Shown: positions 1 through 11,433 of the stretch, in pieces | Numbering within the stretch: the first letter of the stretch is position 1 | Layout of the letters: each line of letters starts with the position of its first letter | IMG/VR virus record: IMGVR_UViG_3300042914_002334 | Span: 1 to 64,000 of that record | DNA length: 64,000 nucleotides | Origin: a virus | Strand: one strand, 5' to 3' | Notes under the pieces: model-generated | Database searches by the model: none | Seen by the model: the letters and a program-made list of their open reading frames with translations, nothing else | Told to the model about the DNA's origin: nothing | Made by a program: the position numbers and the translations under genes

Positions 1-774
1 GAATCCACTATTATCTATAAATCTATCGTGCTGACACATCAATATAGATGTAGTTGGCATGTCTCTGGTTGAACTTGTTTGATAATCTGATGTATACCAT
101 GATAACGGTCTTAATGGTTCACCAGATGGTATAAAAGTTTTACTAAAATTGTTTCTTACTGAAGAATAATACAGTGGCTCAACTGCATAAGACACAACTC
201 TTAAATTTGATACCAACACATTATTTAAATTTCTACCAACAACAAATTTGTCTGCTGTAAAATATGCAATTATTCCAACTATCGCACTGCTATCTATTAA
301 CGTCCCGCCTTGATAGAGCCATATATTAGTACCATTGGTTGAAAATGCAACATGTGTCCAAACATCTGGGGCACATTTAATTTTTGATGCCGATAAAGTT
401 ATAGTCGTGGTTGTGGTTTTAACTTTTGCTTGTATATATCCGTCGATCAAATACACCTGATATTGAAAGTCACTTTGACTTGATTGTTCTTGACCAAATA
501 ATATCTGACTAAATCCAGTAGTCGAAACTGAGCCAGCACTTGGTCTTATCCAACATTCAGCCGTCAAAATAGGACTATTATCGCTTGAGATATTTGTATG
601 AAAAGTAGTGACATTTAATTCCGAAGACGTTCCCATAACATCGTCGATAAAAAATCGTATGCTATTGGTTGTTTGTGGAATAATTAAATTGCCGCTTTCA
701 GTGAATACATCCACGCCAGCAGTAGCGGCAGTCGTTTGACTGCCTACTCCGGATGCCATTAAAATTCCAGTCAT
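1..774 (-). CDS. LamG/concanavalin-like domain virion adhesin (partial, runs off window start)
   Basis: Not in ORF track. Manual translation from ATG at 774 is open to base 1: MTGILMASG...ILTAECWIRP...VWTHVAFS...VSNLRVV...SILMCQHDRFIDNS, the same module signature as 11434..18108. AAAGGA RBS and ATAAATA (793-799) upstream. Confidence 0.8.
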   Translation of the reverse strand, partial: MTGILMASGVGSQTTAATAGVDVFTESGNLIIPQTTNSIRFFIDDVMGTSSELNVTTFHTNISSDNSPILTAECWIRPSAGSVSTTGFSQILFGQEQSSQSDFQYQVYLIDGYIQAKVKTTTTTITLSASKIKCAPDVWTHVAFSTNGTNIWLYQGGTLIDSSAIVGIIAYFTADKFVVGRNLNNVLVSNLRVVSYAVEPLYYSSVRNNFSKTFIPSGEPLRPLSWYTSDYQTSSTRDMPTTSILMCQHDRFIDNSGF

Positions 775-806
775 TCAAAATGTCCTTTTAACTATTTATG
801 GCTCGT

Positions 807-3800
807 TTAAGTTATACTTCCTGTTAAAATTGCTTCTGTAGCACTGTTAAACCATAATAGTGCAGTTCCTCTTGCAGCAAGAACTAAATTGCCAGTGGTT
901 GTTGTGCCGTCTTTTCTTAAAGTAAGTCCGGAACCCTGAGTTAGTGTTATTGGCGACGCACTATCGTTATAGAAACTAAATGCATCTCCTGCTGCATACA
1001 CATTTGCTGGAATTGTTATTCCCGCAGTCAATGCAACTCTCTTGCCTTTTGCGTTTGCATCAAATGTAGTAGTTCTTGGTAAAACAAGATATCCAATATC
1101 TAATGCAGAAGCACCTGACCCTATCTGTGGAACATTAGTGAAAGAAACTTTATTTGTAGAAGTATTAAATGTAAAGGTATTGCTTGCTGCAAGTGTTCCA
1201 GTAGACGATCTATATTGTATTTCTCCGGCAGCACTGCCTCCGGCACTAACAGTTGGAGTTGACCAAGCAGGAATTCCATTTACTAAAGTCAATACTTGAT
1301 TTGCACTACCGACAGGCAATCTAGATAGTGTATTGCTACTATTTCCTACTAATAAATCTCCATTACTATAACTGGATATTCCAGTTCCGCCCTTTCCAGT
1401 AGTTAGTGTTCCAGTTATATTATCTGGAGTAATAGAAATTGTCTGCCAACTTGCGGTCGAACCGTTGGTAGACAAATATCTTCCGTTGTTAGAAGTTTGT
1501 GTCGGCAATAATGCGTTTATCGCTGCACTGACAGTTGTCGCTCCGGTTCCTCCCTTGTCTACTGGCAATACTCCAGTAAAAGAACTCGCTCCAGTGGAAG
1601 GATTTCCCCAAGAGACATTTGTTCCGTCAGTGACTAATACTTTTCCGCTGTCACCAGATTGTGGAGCAAGTATTGCTCTTGCTGCCGCTGGCTGCGTTGA
1701 CGCCCCAGTTCCGCCCTTGTCTATACCTAGTGTGCCAGAAATATCAGCACTTGTAATTCCAGCAACACTGGTAAATGCATTTGATCCGTTACTCTTTACG
1801 AATCCGGCGGTCAAGAAATTAGCACCAGTTCCGCCGTTTGATACTTTTAGAACTCCACTTAATTCAAATGTTCCAGTGGTCGTTATTGGCCCTCCACTGA
1901 ATATCAGACCAGTTTGAAGTCCTGATACATTCACACTTGTAACCGCTGTTTTCCAAGAAGAGTTTGTTCCATCACTCATTAAGAAATTATTGACTGTGGC
2001 GCCACTTTGAGGTGGCAATATTGCTCTTGCCGCTGCTGCTTGTGTTGAGGCCCCAGTTCCACCGTTGGCTATAGGTAGTGTTCCGCTTATATCAGTTGAG
2101 ACATTTAATTTATCAAGAAGAACATTTGATCCGTCAAATCTCAGAACAGTATTAGCAAGCGCGCCTATCACTCCAGCAAGACTATTAAGACCCGCTTGTC
2201 TGCTTCCGCCTCCTGTTCCGCCGTTTTGATGTGGAATTATACCAGTTATTTGTGTAGTATCTACGATAACTTTATCCCACATAACGACATTTGAATTTGC
2301 GTCCCATTTGAGATATTTTCCGTTATCAGTTGATCCCGGAGTAAGTAGTGCTCTTGCGGCGGCTGCTGGGGTAGTTGCCCCAGTTCCACCCTTGTTTATT
2401 GCTAATGTTTGCGATAATGTTTCTGCCAGGCCCGCCGTTATTTTTTGCCATGTCCCCCAATTGCTAGTACTAGCCCCGCCCTCTTTGAATCTAATCGACA
2501 TTACTGGATTAGTAGCGTTTCTTGGTATTGCTATTTGAGCGGCATATATCTGATTAGAATTCCAACTATAATCACTACCCAAACTTAACATTAGTTGATA
2601 ACTTTGATCATATGGGCTTGGAACTCCAGTTGGGCCGTTAGAATTTCCCGCAACGTATGTTGCGCCCCATTCTCTTACCATATTAAAGTCAGTGACTGTA
2701 GTATGTGATCTCAAATTACCAAAGTTTGCTACATTTTGACTTGCTTGAATTGCAGTAGTTGCTTCTGTTCCTCCATTGGATACATTTAGAGTTCCAGCAA
2801 CTGTTATCTCCGTGTCATTCTTTGTAAACGTTAAACCAGTTGTTCCGCCGTTTATGGTCTGTATTCCTGCTTCCCACGCAGGAGGGAAATTAGGTCCTTT
2901 ATTCGTCAATACATAACCCGCGGGCCCTGCTAATCCGTTAAGTTCCCAAGAACCAGTAGAGGTTATCTTTAATCTATCAGTTAGATTCACACCACTAATA
3001 GTTCTAAGAGTTAAAGTTGAGCCTCCAACTTCAATAGGACTAAATGTGTCAGATGCACGATTTATCGCTCTTATGCTTGAAGAGGTTACACTTGGAACAA
3101 ATTCTATTCCCTCTGCCGAATTTCCTAAAGAAACGCTTAGTGGGGCCTTTGGAGTTGTTGTTCCTATTCCAACTGAACCCGCAACATTAAGATTAGTTAG
3201 TGTTCCTACTTTTGTTAGTGAACTGTTCACAACATTACTTGCAAGAGTTGTCCCAATAATATATTGAGCATCAACAGTGGCGTTTCTCCATTCTGGAGAT
3301 GCGGATGATCCGGAAGATATTAGAACTTGTCCAAGTATTCCAGTGCTTCCATTGATATTCCACGCGCCGTTTGGAACTATAGCGAGTCTATTTACGAGAG
3401 AGGTTCCTGGTCCACTCGTAGTTCTTATAATTACGCTTCCGCCTTGAGAGAAAGTTGAATTTCCACCGTCTAAGTATACCGAACCGCCTTGCGAACCAAC
3501 CCCAGTGGCAGAAGAACCTCCGATAAACACATTTCCTGGAGCGCCGTTAGCCTCTACTTGAGTTCCTGGCTTGAACGAAATTCCCATTGGAGCCAATACC
3601 GAATTGCCATTTCGTTGCCCATTTGGAGTCTTGAAATAGAATAAATCTTGTTTGTTTAGTCCGGAAATAGTTCCCAAAGATAGAGTGTCAATATTATTGA
3701 AAACCATATTTGTTGCCGGAGTCACTGCACCATTCCAGTTATACAACATTTCTCCGTTGTTTCCATTTATTGGTATGGTGTTCATCGACTGCCAAGTTAC

Positions 3801-6800
3801 ATTAGTGCCATCTGACTGTAGGAATCTTCCCTCTCTACCAGTCTGAGAAGGTAATACTTCATTGATTGAAGGCAAGTTGGACCAAGTAGGAGCACTATTG
3901 ATACCATTGGATTTTAGAAATTGCCCGGTATTACCCGTGCTCATAGTTTCTCCGATAGTAAACGCACCTTGTCTGTTTATTCCGAATCTGTGTGTATGAG
4001 ATACACTCGAATCGAGAACGCTGCCACTAATTAATTTGTGTCTTATTGCAAAACTACCACCGTTCGGAGAAGAAGAAATAACAGGCATATCAATATAAAC
4101 ACTTTGACCCGCTGCGCTCGAATTGAAGCCAGGCGTTCCTGATTCCAACATTAAATTTCCACCCGACTGCCCAAAAGTTCCCGCGCCCGCTTTTATAAGC
4201 AAATCTGTTTGCCCGTAATTACCAGAGGGACTGACGATTTCTTTTATTCCAAGCATAGTGACAATATCAGTGTTAGTTCCACTCTTTGCAGCGCCCAAAT
4301 TAGTTCTTGCCTGTTCTGGGGTTGACGCTCCTGTTCCTCCATTGTCAACTAAAACTGTCCCATTTAAACTTGCTACTGAAATAGTAGAAGAATAACTTAG
4401 TGCTGTTCCGTTGCTAAACAAGTATCCAGGAGATGTCGTTGACAATCCAGTTCCGCCCTTTGTTATTGGCAATACTCCGTTAAAAGATACCGTTATATCT
4501 CCGGTTTGTCCAGTTACCGAGATATTGTCTCCCGCTAACAACTTCGTTACTCCACTATTAGTAATGGTGTTTCCATCTACAATTATTCCAGATTCTCCAA
4601 TAAATATTCCAGGGCCAGTAAACTGCGTGAATTTTATTGGTTCTATTCCGACATTTACAATATCGGCAGTCATCACCCATTGAGTGCCAGTGAGATTTCC
4701 CTCGGTAACATACATGGCGGCGCCGCGAATGACTGTTGAATTTGAATTAAAATCTGTTGCTCGTGTTAATATCCAAGGAGTAGAGACAGAAGTTAATATA
4801 TAAATTCCGTTCTCTATAGTATTTGTCTGACTTCTTACTAAGACTCGATCATTTAGATTTAATAATATCCCGTTAACTTCTCCCGGAGATGACGGAAAAG
4901 ACAATGTTGCTCCGACACCATTTGTTCCATTATTGTATGTAGCAGATAAATTAGTTTGTGTCGCGGTCTTCACGGAATCGCGAACTACTAAACCACTTAC
5001 GTAACTATCAACATAAGATTTGTTTACTGCCTCAAGTGCTTGTGTTGGATTATAATTCAGTATCAGTGGTCCACTAATAGTGTCTCCTGATTTAGAAACT
5101 GCATTTAAGTTTGCACGTGCAGTAGCAGCATTATTTGCATTAGTTCCACCCTTTTCTACGGTCACTAAGCCATTAATGTTTTCTGAGTTTATTGTTATAG
5201 TTCCCTGAATGTCACTCAATGGTATTTTACTAACTGCGGTAATGGGGTTTTCTCCAGAACCAACCAAGTATCCAGTAAGTGATGTCGCTCCAGTTCCTCC
5301 TTTATTCACTGGAACAGTATTACTTAGTTTATCGCTCGTTATACTTGGTATGTCTTCTTCTGACAAGAAGGTGCTTGTTATTTCTGAACCGTCTGATTTT
5401 AAAAATCCAGGACCAAAACTTGTTTTCCCAGTTCCTCCGCCACTTATACCAAGTGTTCCCCATGTTGGTGCTTGCGAACTTGCATTACTAATTAAAGTTT
5501 GTCCCTGCGTTCCGATATTAGTGGTTGGCCCAAAACTAACTGCTCCAGTTCTAAGTATTTCAAAATTTTTAGTATATAATATTGAAGGATCAAAATCTAC
5601 CCAAGTTATGTTTGATTCGTTTATCGTGCCCTGTAATTTGCTTCCGCTTAGTGAACCCTCAGTAATTTCAACTACTGGAATTTTATCGTTAGTTATTGCA
5701 TCTTCAAAATCGGAAACAATTGTAAACATCCAAACCACAGGATGATTCTTAAGTGTCATGACATATACGCGATTTTGTGACTGATTATCTTGATTTTTAA
5801 ATAGAATTCTATCACCAACATTGATATCGATATTATCGAATAATGCTAAATCAGAGCCTGCTGATATTTGACGTGTGGTCGCATTTCCTCCAACAAATGT
5901 TATATTTGCAGTAGTAACAGTTCTGCAAGACTCCAACATTGCATATTGAGAATCGTTATATGTGTATATCTTTAATTCTTTTGTTTTTATACTGACATTT
6001 TTTTCATCTGCCGCAATTAGATTTAAATCAGTTGCAGAAATAATATCAAATTTGGCATCAGTTGCAGCACCAACATTCAATTCAGTGTTGTTATATAATA
6101 ATTTTCCAGCAGTAGAACTAACACCATTATCATTAAATAGTATTTGTTTGTTTTGTTGTGAATTTAATGACAGTTTGGTCGTTTTATAGAATCCGGCTTC
6201 GTCTATCTCTGAAACAGCAGAGTCTATTTTAATTCCGCCAAGTTCAGTGGAAGTTGCGGCTGATACATCAAGTGAGTCCCAACTTAGAGTTCCAGCCCCG
6301 TTTGTTGTCAAGAACTTACCAGATTGAGAATCTTGAGTTGGTAATAGTGCATTTATTTTAGAACTAATTACACCGTTAGCAATTGTTATGGTAGTGTTGT
6401 CAACCTTCACTCCGCCCAATACTATATCTGACGCTGTTGGAAGAGTATACTCGCTACCTCCTCCACCCGAACCACCCCCAGAATATTGAGGAATATTAAG
6501 AACACCGTCTACAAGAGTTGCTGGCCCGCTTGTGCCAGTAGTTGTTACCGAAATTGGCGCTTGATAATCTATCCCAGCAACTGCTGAAATAACTTCCCCA
6601 GTAGTTGAATTTCCTTTTAGTAATCCAGACGTAGTAGTGGATATAGTTATATCTACAACTCCATTGGAATTATTTACATCACCTTTGAATCCTTTTTGCT
6701 GATTTACTGCAATACTGCTAATTACAGGAGAATTCCAAGTTGGAATATCACCTACTACCGTAAGTATTTGTCCGGCGGCGCCAACTGGAATTTTACTTAA

Positions 6801-9800
6801 TGTAGTTTCGTCACTGGCATATAGTAAATCTCCTGTTGCGTATTCCGAATGACCTGTGCCTCCTTTTTCGGTAGATAACACTCCGTCAAAGCCAATCGTT
6901 ACATTACCAAATTCATCCTTAGCAGAAACAGTTATGTCGGAACCGCCTGTTATGTTTACTATACCAGTGTTTATGATGTTTCTGTCATTAATGTTTATTC
7001 CTGCACCAGACTGATAAGGAAGTGCGTAGTCGATATCGGCAACTGCTGAAATAACTTCCCCAGTAGTTGAATTTCCTTTTAGTAATCCAGACGTAGTAGT
7101 GGATATAGTTATATCTACAACTCCATTGGAATTATTTACTTCTCCCTTAAAGCCTTTTTGCTGATTTACTGCAATACTGCTAATTACAGGAGAATTCCAT
7201 GTTGGAGTATTACCGACTACGGTTAATATTTGTCCGGCGGCGCCAACTGGAATTTTACTTAATGTAGTTTCGTCACTGGCATATAGTAAATCTCCCGTTG
7301 CGTATTCCGAATGACCTGTGCCTCCTTTATTTGCTTGCAATACTCCGTCAAAGCCAATCGTTACATTACCAAATTCATCCTTAGCAGAAACAGTTATGTC
7401 GGAACCGCCAGAAATACTTAGTATTCCCGTGTTTATGATGTTTCTGTCATTAATGTTTATTCCTGCACCAGACTGATAAGGAAGTGCGTAGTCGATATCG
7501 ACAACAGCAGAAATTACTTCCCCAGTAGTTGAATTTCCTTTTAGTAATCCACCAACAGTTGTGGATATAGTTATATCTACAACTCCATTGGAATTATTTA
7601 CTTCTCCCTTAAAGCCTTTTTGCTGATTTACTGCAATGCTGCTAATTACAGGAGAATTCCATGTTGGAATATCACCTACTACCGTAAGTATTTGTCCGGC
7701 GGCGCCAACTGGAATTTTACTTAATGTAGTTTCGTCACTGGCATATAGTAAATCTCCCGTTGCGTATTCCGAATGACCTGTGCCTCCTTTATTTGCTTGC
7801 AATACTCCGTCAAAGCCAATCGTTACATTACCAAATTCATCCTTAGCAGATGCTGTTATGTTAGAGCCACCATTTATGTTTACGACACCTTTATTATTGA
7901 TTGAGCCGGACAATATTTCTATACCAAGACCCGCTGATAATTGTGAAGGTCCTCCGAACTGTAAATAGACTATTTCTGTAGTTCCAACAGTAATAGTTCC
8001 AGATGTGGCCATTACCCACTGTGTGCTATTCTGAGTTCCATTTTTTACAAAATACGCATCCCCAGCCCGCATAGTATTATTTCCAGCATCTGCGGCTCTT
8101 CTTAATACGAATGGGTTAATAGTTTCGAGAACATATACTCCATTTTGAATACTATTCGTTTGATTTTTTACAAGAACTCTTTCATTTTGCTGTAGACTAA
8201 CTCCGTCTATTAGTGGAAGAGCACCCAACCCAGTCAATGTTGCTCCGCCTACTTCCGCATTATTATATGTTGCACTTATGTTTCCAGTTGTCGCAACAAT
8301 AACTTCTGGCTTTACATTAAAACCAGACAATACATTATCAACATATTTCTTAGTTACGGCATGCAATTCACTTGTCGGCGCTCCGACGAGTGTTAGCGGA
8401 CCAGTCATAGTGTCACCTGCTTTATTGAGCGGAGTAAATCCAAGTAGATTTTGAACTGCCCCCTGCGGAGTAGTAGCACCAGTTCCGCCGCGCTCGACTG
8501 GCAGAATTCCTTCCACATGATTATTGAGACTTACTTTTCCATAAACAGGTCTGACGCCGACTCCATTAGACAACAAAACATTAAATGTCGCTGCTGGTGC
8601 TATAGTTTCGTATGTATTTCCAGCTGATCCAACCAGTAATTCGCCAACACCTATGCCTTGTAATCCAGTTCCGCCTCTTACTACGGGAACAGTATTAAGA
8701 CCAAGACCTATCGCTATCTTTCCAGAAGAAGTTATAGGAGAAGTAGTTACTGATAAATCAGTGCTTGATATTTCTACTTGGTTTACTTTTCCGGTATTAG
8801 TATCAAAATATTGCTTAGTGACAGCGTGAAAAGGTTCTGTTGGATTTACACTAAGCGTTAAAGAACCAGTCATAGTGTCACCTGCTTTATTGAGCGGAGT
8901 AAATCCAAGTAGATTTTCAACTGCCCCCTGCGGAGTAGTAGCACCAGTTCCGCCGCGCTCGACTGGCAGAATTCCTTCCACATGATTATTGAGACTTACT
9001 TTTCCATAAACAGGTCTGACGCCGACTCCTTTAGACAACAACACGTTAAATTCTGCGACAGGTGCTATAGTTCCATATGTAACAATTGCCGCCGGCGGCC
9101 CCCCAACCAGTAATTCGCCAGGAAAAATGCCTTGTAATCCAGTTCCGCCTCTTACTACGGGAACAGTATTAAGATCAAGACTTATCGCTATCTTTCCAGA
9201 AGAAGTTATAGGAGAAGTAGTTACTGATAAATCAGTGCTTGATATTTCTACTTCGTTTACTTTTCCGCTATTTTGCTCAAAATATTGCTCAACATATTTC
9301 TTAGTTGCGGCATGCAATTCACTTGTCGGCGCTCCGACGAGTGTTAGCGGACCAGTCATCGTATCGCCAGATTTATTTACCGGAGTAAATCCAAATAGAT
9401 TTTCAACTGCCCCCTGCGGAGTAGTAGCACCAGTTCCGCCGCGTTCTACTGGCAGAACACCTGCCACATGATTATTGAGATTGACTTTTCCGTAAACAGG
9501 TCTTGCATCGACTCCATTAGACAACAACACGTTAAATGTCGCTGCTGGTGCTATAGTTCCGTATGTATTTCCCGCTGATCCAACCAGTAATTCGCCAACA
9601 CCTATCTGTTGAACCCCAGTTCCGCCCTTGTTTACGGGAACAGTATTAAGACCAAGACCTATCGCTATCTTTCCAGAAGAAGTTATAGGAGAAGTAGTTA
9701 CTGATAAATCAGTGCTTGATATTTCTACTTCAGTTACTGTTCCAGAACCTCCGCCTCCGAAACCGCCATCTCCAGTGGCACTAAGAACTCCATCAGAATT

Positions 9801-11363
9801 TATACTTAGACCACTTCCTACTTTTATCATTCCGAGCCCTTGAGAAGACGCAATTTGAACATTAAGTCCAAATGTTCCGTCTTCATATAAAATGGTCATC
9901 GGCCCCGGTTTTATTCCTCCTAAAGTCTGCGCTGTTGCTGGACTCAAATTGATAGTTCCAGTTGGGGAAATCGTCACACCAATACCAGGCATTACTCCGC
10001 CGAGCGTGTCATTTGAGGAAACGGGCAAAACATACTCTTCTGGAGCAGCAACCCAAGATACACTTGTTCCGTCAGTAGTCAGTAATTTATTTTCATTTCC
10101 AGTTTGATCCGGTAAAATGCTATTTACATTCGCACTTACAGTTCCGTCTTCAGTAATAGTAATAGTTGAACCGTCTGGTTTAACTGCTCCTATACCCTCA
10201 GTGGTCGCTATAGTGCTTGGGTTCGGACTCCAACTTACTGTAGTCCCATCAGTGACTAAAAATTGTCCAGCCTTATCAGTTTGATCTGGATATGTGCTTG
10301 CCCAATTCGCAGTGTTTCCATTTGTTACTAAAACCAGTCCATCTTTACCAGTTTGATCTGGAAGAACATCGTTTAATTCGACTGATGCCCACTCCACTGT
10401 AAAAATTGGTGTAGATGTGGATGTTGCTTTTAAGAATTTACTTGTATTAACTGGTAGTTCTGGTAACACTTTATATAAATCGACCGATATTTGTCCGTCT
10501 ACATTTTTTATAGTAGAACCATCTGCTCTCTTTATATTTGCAGAAATAAATCCAGTACTATCAATAGTCAATCCGCTATTTGCGGCTACCTTTACGCCGC
10601 CCAGCACTGTTGATGTTGCTATAGGCGAAGAAACCCAAATTGGAGGACCATCTGATCCTTGAGAAACTAAAATATTACCAGCAGAACCGACTAATGACTG
10701 GTCTCCTCCAAGTGCCCACGCTCCTGTGTTAGTAATACGAAACGTTTCTGCTTGAATTCGTCCTACTTTGAATATGATGTTACCAGCGGCTCCTTGACCG
10801 AAGCCGCCGCCACCCATAATAATAACATCGCCGGCGGGCGGGGTCGCGGTAGGAAGAGGATTAGCAAATGAATCTCCACCCTTTATCAAAATGGTAGTTC
10901 CAGTATAGGTGTTATCAAACGCATCGACACCCTCTATCTTAAAAGTATCAGATGTTCCACCCCCGACAAACAACACGTCCAAGTTGTTGTATGACATTTT
11001 TGGAGTAGCAGTCAATACATTGTTACTATTAAATTGCAGTTGGCCATCAACGCCACCAGCCTGAATTCCAGCGGCTATAACTGGACTCCAGTATGCAGTT
11101 GTTCCGTCAGTGGTTAAAAAGTTTCCGCTCGCACCAGTTTGTTCTGGTAGTCCGACACCACTCCCGCTGCCCCCGCCTCCAGTGTTTACGATCCATGATA
11201 CAGTAGAGCCATCAGTAGACAGTATTTGTCCACTTTTGCCAGATTGAGACGGTAACAATGCATTTATCGCAGCGCCGGGCGTAATTTGACCCGTTCCGCC
11301 CTGTGCAATCGGGACAACTCCGTTAGTGTTTATAACACCATTACCAGAAAAAATGATAGCCAT
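807..11363 (-). CDS. giant modular tail/virion fibre protein (3518 aa)
   Basis: Many GxLPVxxGGTGAT and LLPxQTGxxGKFLxTDG repeats, GDTMTGPL..ATKxYVD motifs, three RVLVKNQ..NGIY-type domains and two triplicated internal blocks; GGAG RBS. Confidence 0.85.
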   Translation of the reverse strand: MAIIFSGNGVINTNGVVPIAQGGTGQITPGAAINALLPSQSGKSGQILSTDGSTVSWIVNTGGGGSGSGVGLPEQTGASGNFLTTDGTTAYWSPVIAAGIQAGGVDGQLQFNSNNVLTATPKMSYNNLDVLFVGGGTSDTFKIEGVDAFDNTYTGTTILIKGGDSFANPLPTATPPAGDVIIMGGGGFGQGAAGNIIFKVGRIQAETFRITNTGAWALGGDQSLVGSAGNILVSQGSDGPPIWVSSPIATSTVLGGVKVAANSGLTIDSTGFISANIKRADGSTIKNVDGQISVDLYKVLPELPVNTSKFLKATSTSTPIFTVEWASVELNDVLPDQTGKDGLVLVTNGNTANWASTYPDQTDKAGQFLVTDGTTVSWSPNPSTIATTEGIGAVKPDGSTITITEDGTVSANVNSILPDQTGNENKLLTTDGTSVSWVAAPEEYVLPVSSNDTLGGVMPGIGVTISPTGTINLSPATAQTLGGIKPGPMTILYEDGTFGLNVQIASSQGLGMIKVGSGLSINSDGVLSATGDGGFGGGGSGTVTEVEISSTDLSVTTSPITSSGKIAIGLGLNTVPVNKGGTGVQQIGVGELLVGSAGNTYGTIAPAATFNVLLSNGVDARPVYGKVNLNNHVAGVLPVERGGTGATTPQGAVENLFGFTPVNKSGDTMTGPLTLVGAPTSELHAATKKYVEQYFEQNSGKVNEVEISSTDLSVTTSPITSSGKIAISLDLNTVPVVRGGTGLQGIFPGELLVGGPPAAIVTYGTIAPVAEFNVLLSKGVGVRPVYGKVSLNNHVEGILPVERGGTGATTPQGAVENLLGFTPLNKAGDTMTGSLTLSVNPTEPFHAVTKQYFDTNTGKVNQVEISSTDLSVTTSPITSSGKIAIGLGLNTVPVVRGGTGLQGIGVGELLVGSAGNTYETIAPAATFNVLLSNGVGVRPVYGKVSLNNHVEGILPVERGGTGATTPQGAVQNLLGFTPLNKAGDTMTGPLTLVGAPTSELHAVTKKYVDNVLSGFNVKPEVIVATTGNISATYNNAEVGGATLTGLGALPLIDGVSLQQNERVLVKNQTNSIQNGVYVLETINPFVLRRAADAGNNTMRAGDAYFVKNGTQNSTQWVMATSGTITVGTTEIVYLQFGGPSQLSAGLGIEILSGSINNKGVVNINGGSNITASAKDEFGNVTIGFDGVLQANKGGTGHSEYATGDLLYASDETTLSKIPVGAAGQILTVVGDIPTWNSPVISSIAVNQQKGFKGEVNNSNGVVDITISTTVGGLLKGNSTTGEVISAVVDIDYALPYQSGAGININDRNIINTGILSISGGSDITVSAKDEFGNVTIGFDGVLQANKGGTGHSEYATGDLLYASDETTLSKIPVGAAGQILTVVGNTPTWNSPVISSIAVNQQKGFKGEVNNSNGVVDITISTTTSGLLKGNSTTGEVISAVADIDYALPYQSGAGININDRNIINTGIVNITGGSDITVSAKDEFGNVTIGFDGVLSTEKGGTGHSEYATGDLLYASDETTLSKIPVGAAGQILTVVGDIPTWNSPVISSIAVNQQKGFKGDVNNSNGVVDITISTTTSGLLKGNSTTGEVISAVAGIDYQAPISVTTTGTSGPATLVDGVLNIPQYSGGGSGGGGSEYTLPTASDIVLGGVKVDNTTITIANGVISSKINALLPTQDSQSGKFLTTNGAGTLSWDSLDVSAATSTELGGIKIDSAVSEIDEAGFYKTTKLSLNSQQNKQILFNDNGVSSTAGKLLYNNTELNVGAATDAKFDIISATDLNLIAADEKNVSIKTKELKIYTYNDSQYAMLESCRTVTTANITFVGGNATTRQISAGSDLALFDNIDINVGDRILFKNQDNQSQNRVYVMTLKNHPVVWMFTIVSDFEDAITNDKIPVVEITEGSLSGSKLQGTINESNITWVDFDPSILYTKNFEILRTGAVSFGPTTNIGTQGQTLISNASSQAPTWGTLGISGGGTGKTSFGPGFLKSDGSEITSTFLSEEDIPSITSDKLSNTVPVNKGGTGATSLTGYLVGSGENPITAVSKIPLSDIQGTITINSENINGLVTVEKGGTNANNAATARANLNAVSKSGDTISGPLILNYNPTQALEAVNKSYVDSYVSGLVVRDSVKTATQTNLSATYNNGTNGVGATLSFPSSPGEVNGILLNLNDRVLVRSQTNTIENGIYILTSVSTPWILTRATDFNSNSTVIRGAAMYVTEGNLTGTQWVMTADIVNVGIEPIKFTQFTGPGIFIGESGIIVDGNTITNSGVTKLLAGDNISVTGQTGDITVSFNGVLPITKGGTGLSTTSPGYLFSNGTALSYSSTISVASLNGTVLVDNGGTGASTPEQARTNLGAAKSGTNTDIVTMLGIKEIVSPSGNYGQTDLLIKAGAGTFGQSGGNLMLESGTPGFNSSAAGQSVYIDMPVISSSPNGGSFAIRHKLISGSVLDSSVSHTHRFGINRQGAFTIGETMSTGNTGQFLKSNGINSAPTWSNLPSINEVLPSQTGREGRFLQSDGTNVTWQSMNTIPINGNNGEMLYNWNGAVTPATNMVFNNIDTLSLGTISGLNKQDLFYFKTPNGQRNGNSVLAPMGISFKPGTQVEANGAPGNVFIGGSSATGVGSQGGSVYLDGGNSTFSQGGSVIIRTTSGPGTSLVNRLAIVPNGAWNINGSTGILGQVLISSGSSASPEWRNATVDAQYIIGTTLASNVVNSSLTKVGTLTNLNVAGSVGIGTTTPKAPLSVSLGNSAEGIEFVPSVTSSSIRAINRASDTFSPIEVGGSTLTLRTISGVNLTDRLKITSTGSWELNGLAGPAGYVLTNKGPNFPPAWEAGIQTINGGTTGLTFTKNDTEITVAGTLNVSNGGTEATTAIQASQNVANFGNLRSHTTVTDFNMVREWGATYVAGNSNGPTGVPSPYDQSYQLMLSLGSDYSWNSNQIYAAQIAIPRNATNPVMSIRFKEGGASTSNWGTWQKITAGLAETLSQTLAINKGGTGATTPAAAARALLTPGSTDNGKYLKWDANSNVVMWDKVIVDTTQITGIIPHQNGGTGGGSRQAGLNSLAGVIGALANTVLRFDGSNVLLDKLNVSTDISGTLPIANGGTGASTQAAAARAILPPQSGATVNNFLMSDGTNSSWKTAVTSVNVSGLQTGLIFSGGPITTTGTFELSGVLKVSNGGTGANFLTAGFVKSNGSNAFTSVAGITSADISGTLGIDKGGTGASTQPAAARAILAPQSGDSGKVLVTDGTNVSWGNPSTGASSFTGVLPVDKGGTGATTVSAAINALLPTQTSNNGRYLSTNGSTASWQTISITPDNITGTLTTGKGGTGISSYSNGDLLVGNSSNTLSRLPVGSANQVLTLVNGIPAWSTPTVSAGGSAAGEIQYRSSTGTLAASNTFTFNTSTNKVSFTNVPQIGSGASALDIGYLVLPRTTTFDANAKGKRVALTAGITIPANVYAAGDAFSFYNDSASPITLTQGSGLTLRKDGTTTTGNLVLAARGTALLWFNSATEAILTGSIT
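6560..7870. repeat. about 462-bp tandem intragenic repeat, 3 copies
   Basis: aatgtagtttcgtcactggcatatagtaaatctcc recurs at about 6799, 7261 and 7723; protein block GHSEYATGDLLYASDETTLSKIPVG...GEVISAV x3. Confidence 0.9.
8340..9735. repeat. about 475-bp tandem intragenic repeat, 3 copies
   Basis: gataaatcagtgcttgatatttctactt at about 8752, 9226 and 9703; protein block VEISSTDLSVTTSPITSSGKIAI...GDTMTG x3. Confidence 0.9.
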
Positions 11364-11386
11364 TTAAAACTCCAAACTAATAATAG

Positions 11387-11422
11387 TATTTATCTCAATA
11401 TGCACTAAGGCATATTGAGATA
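11387..11422 (-). promoter_or_regulatory. 13-bp inverted repeat fused to late-promoter motif ATAAATA
   Basis: TATCTCAATATGC(11391-11403)-N6-GCATATTGAGATA(11410-11422) overlapping tatttat at 11387-11393. Confidence 0.65.
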
Positions 11423-11433
11423 TTTTATACTAA

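Noticed and set aside
6560-9735. CRISPR array or mobile-element repeats
   Set aside because: Repeats are long, in-frame and coding; no short repeat-spacer periodicity, cas or transposase genes
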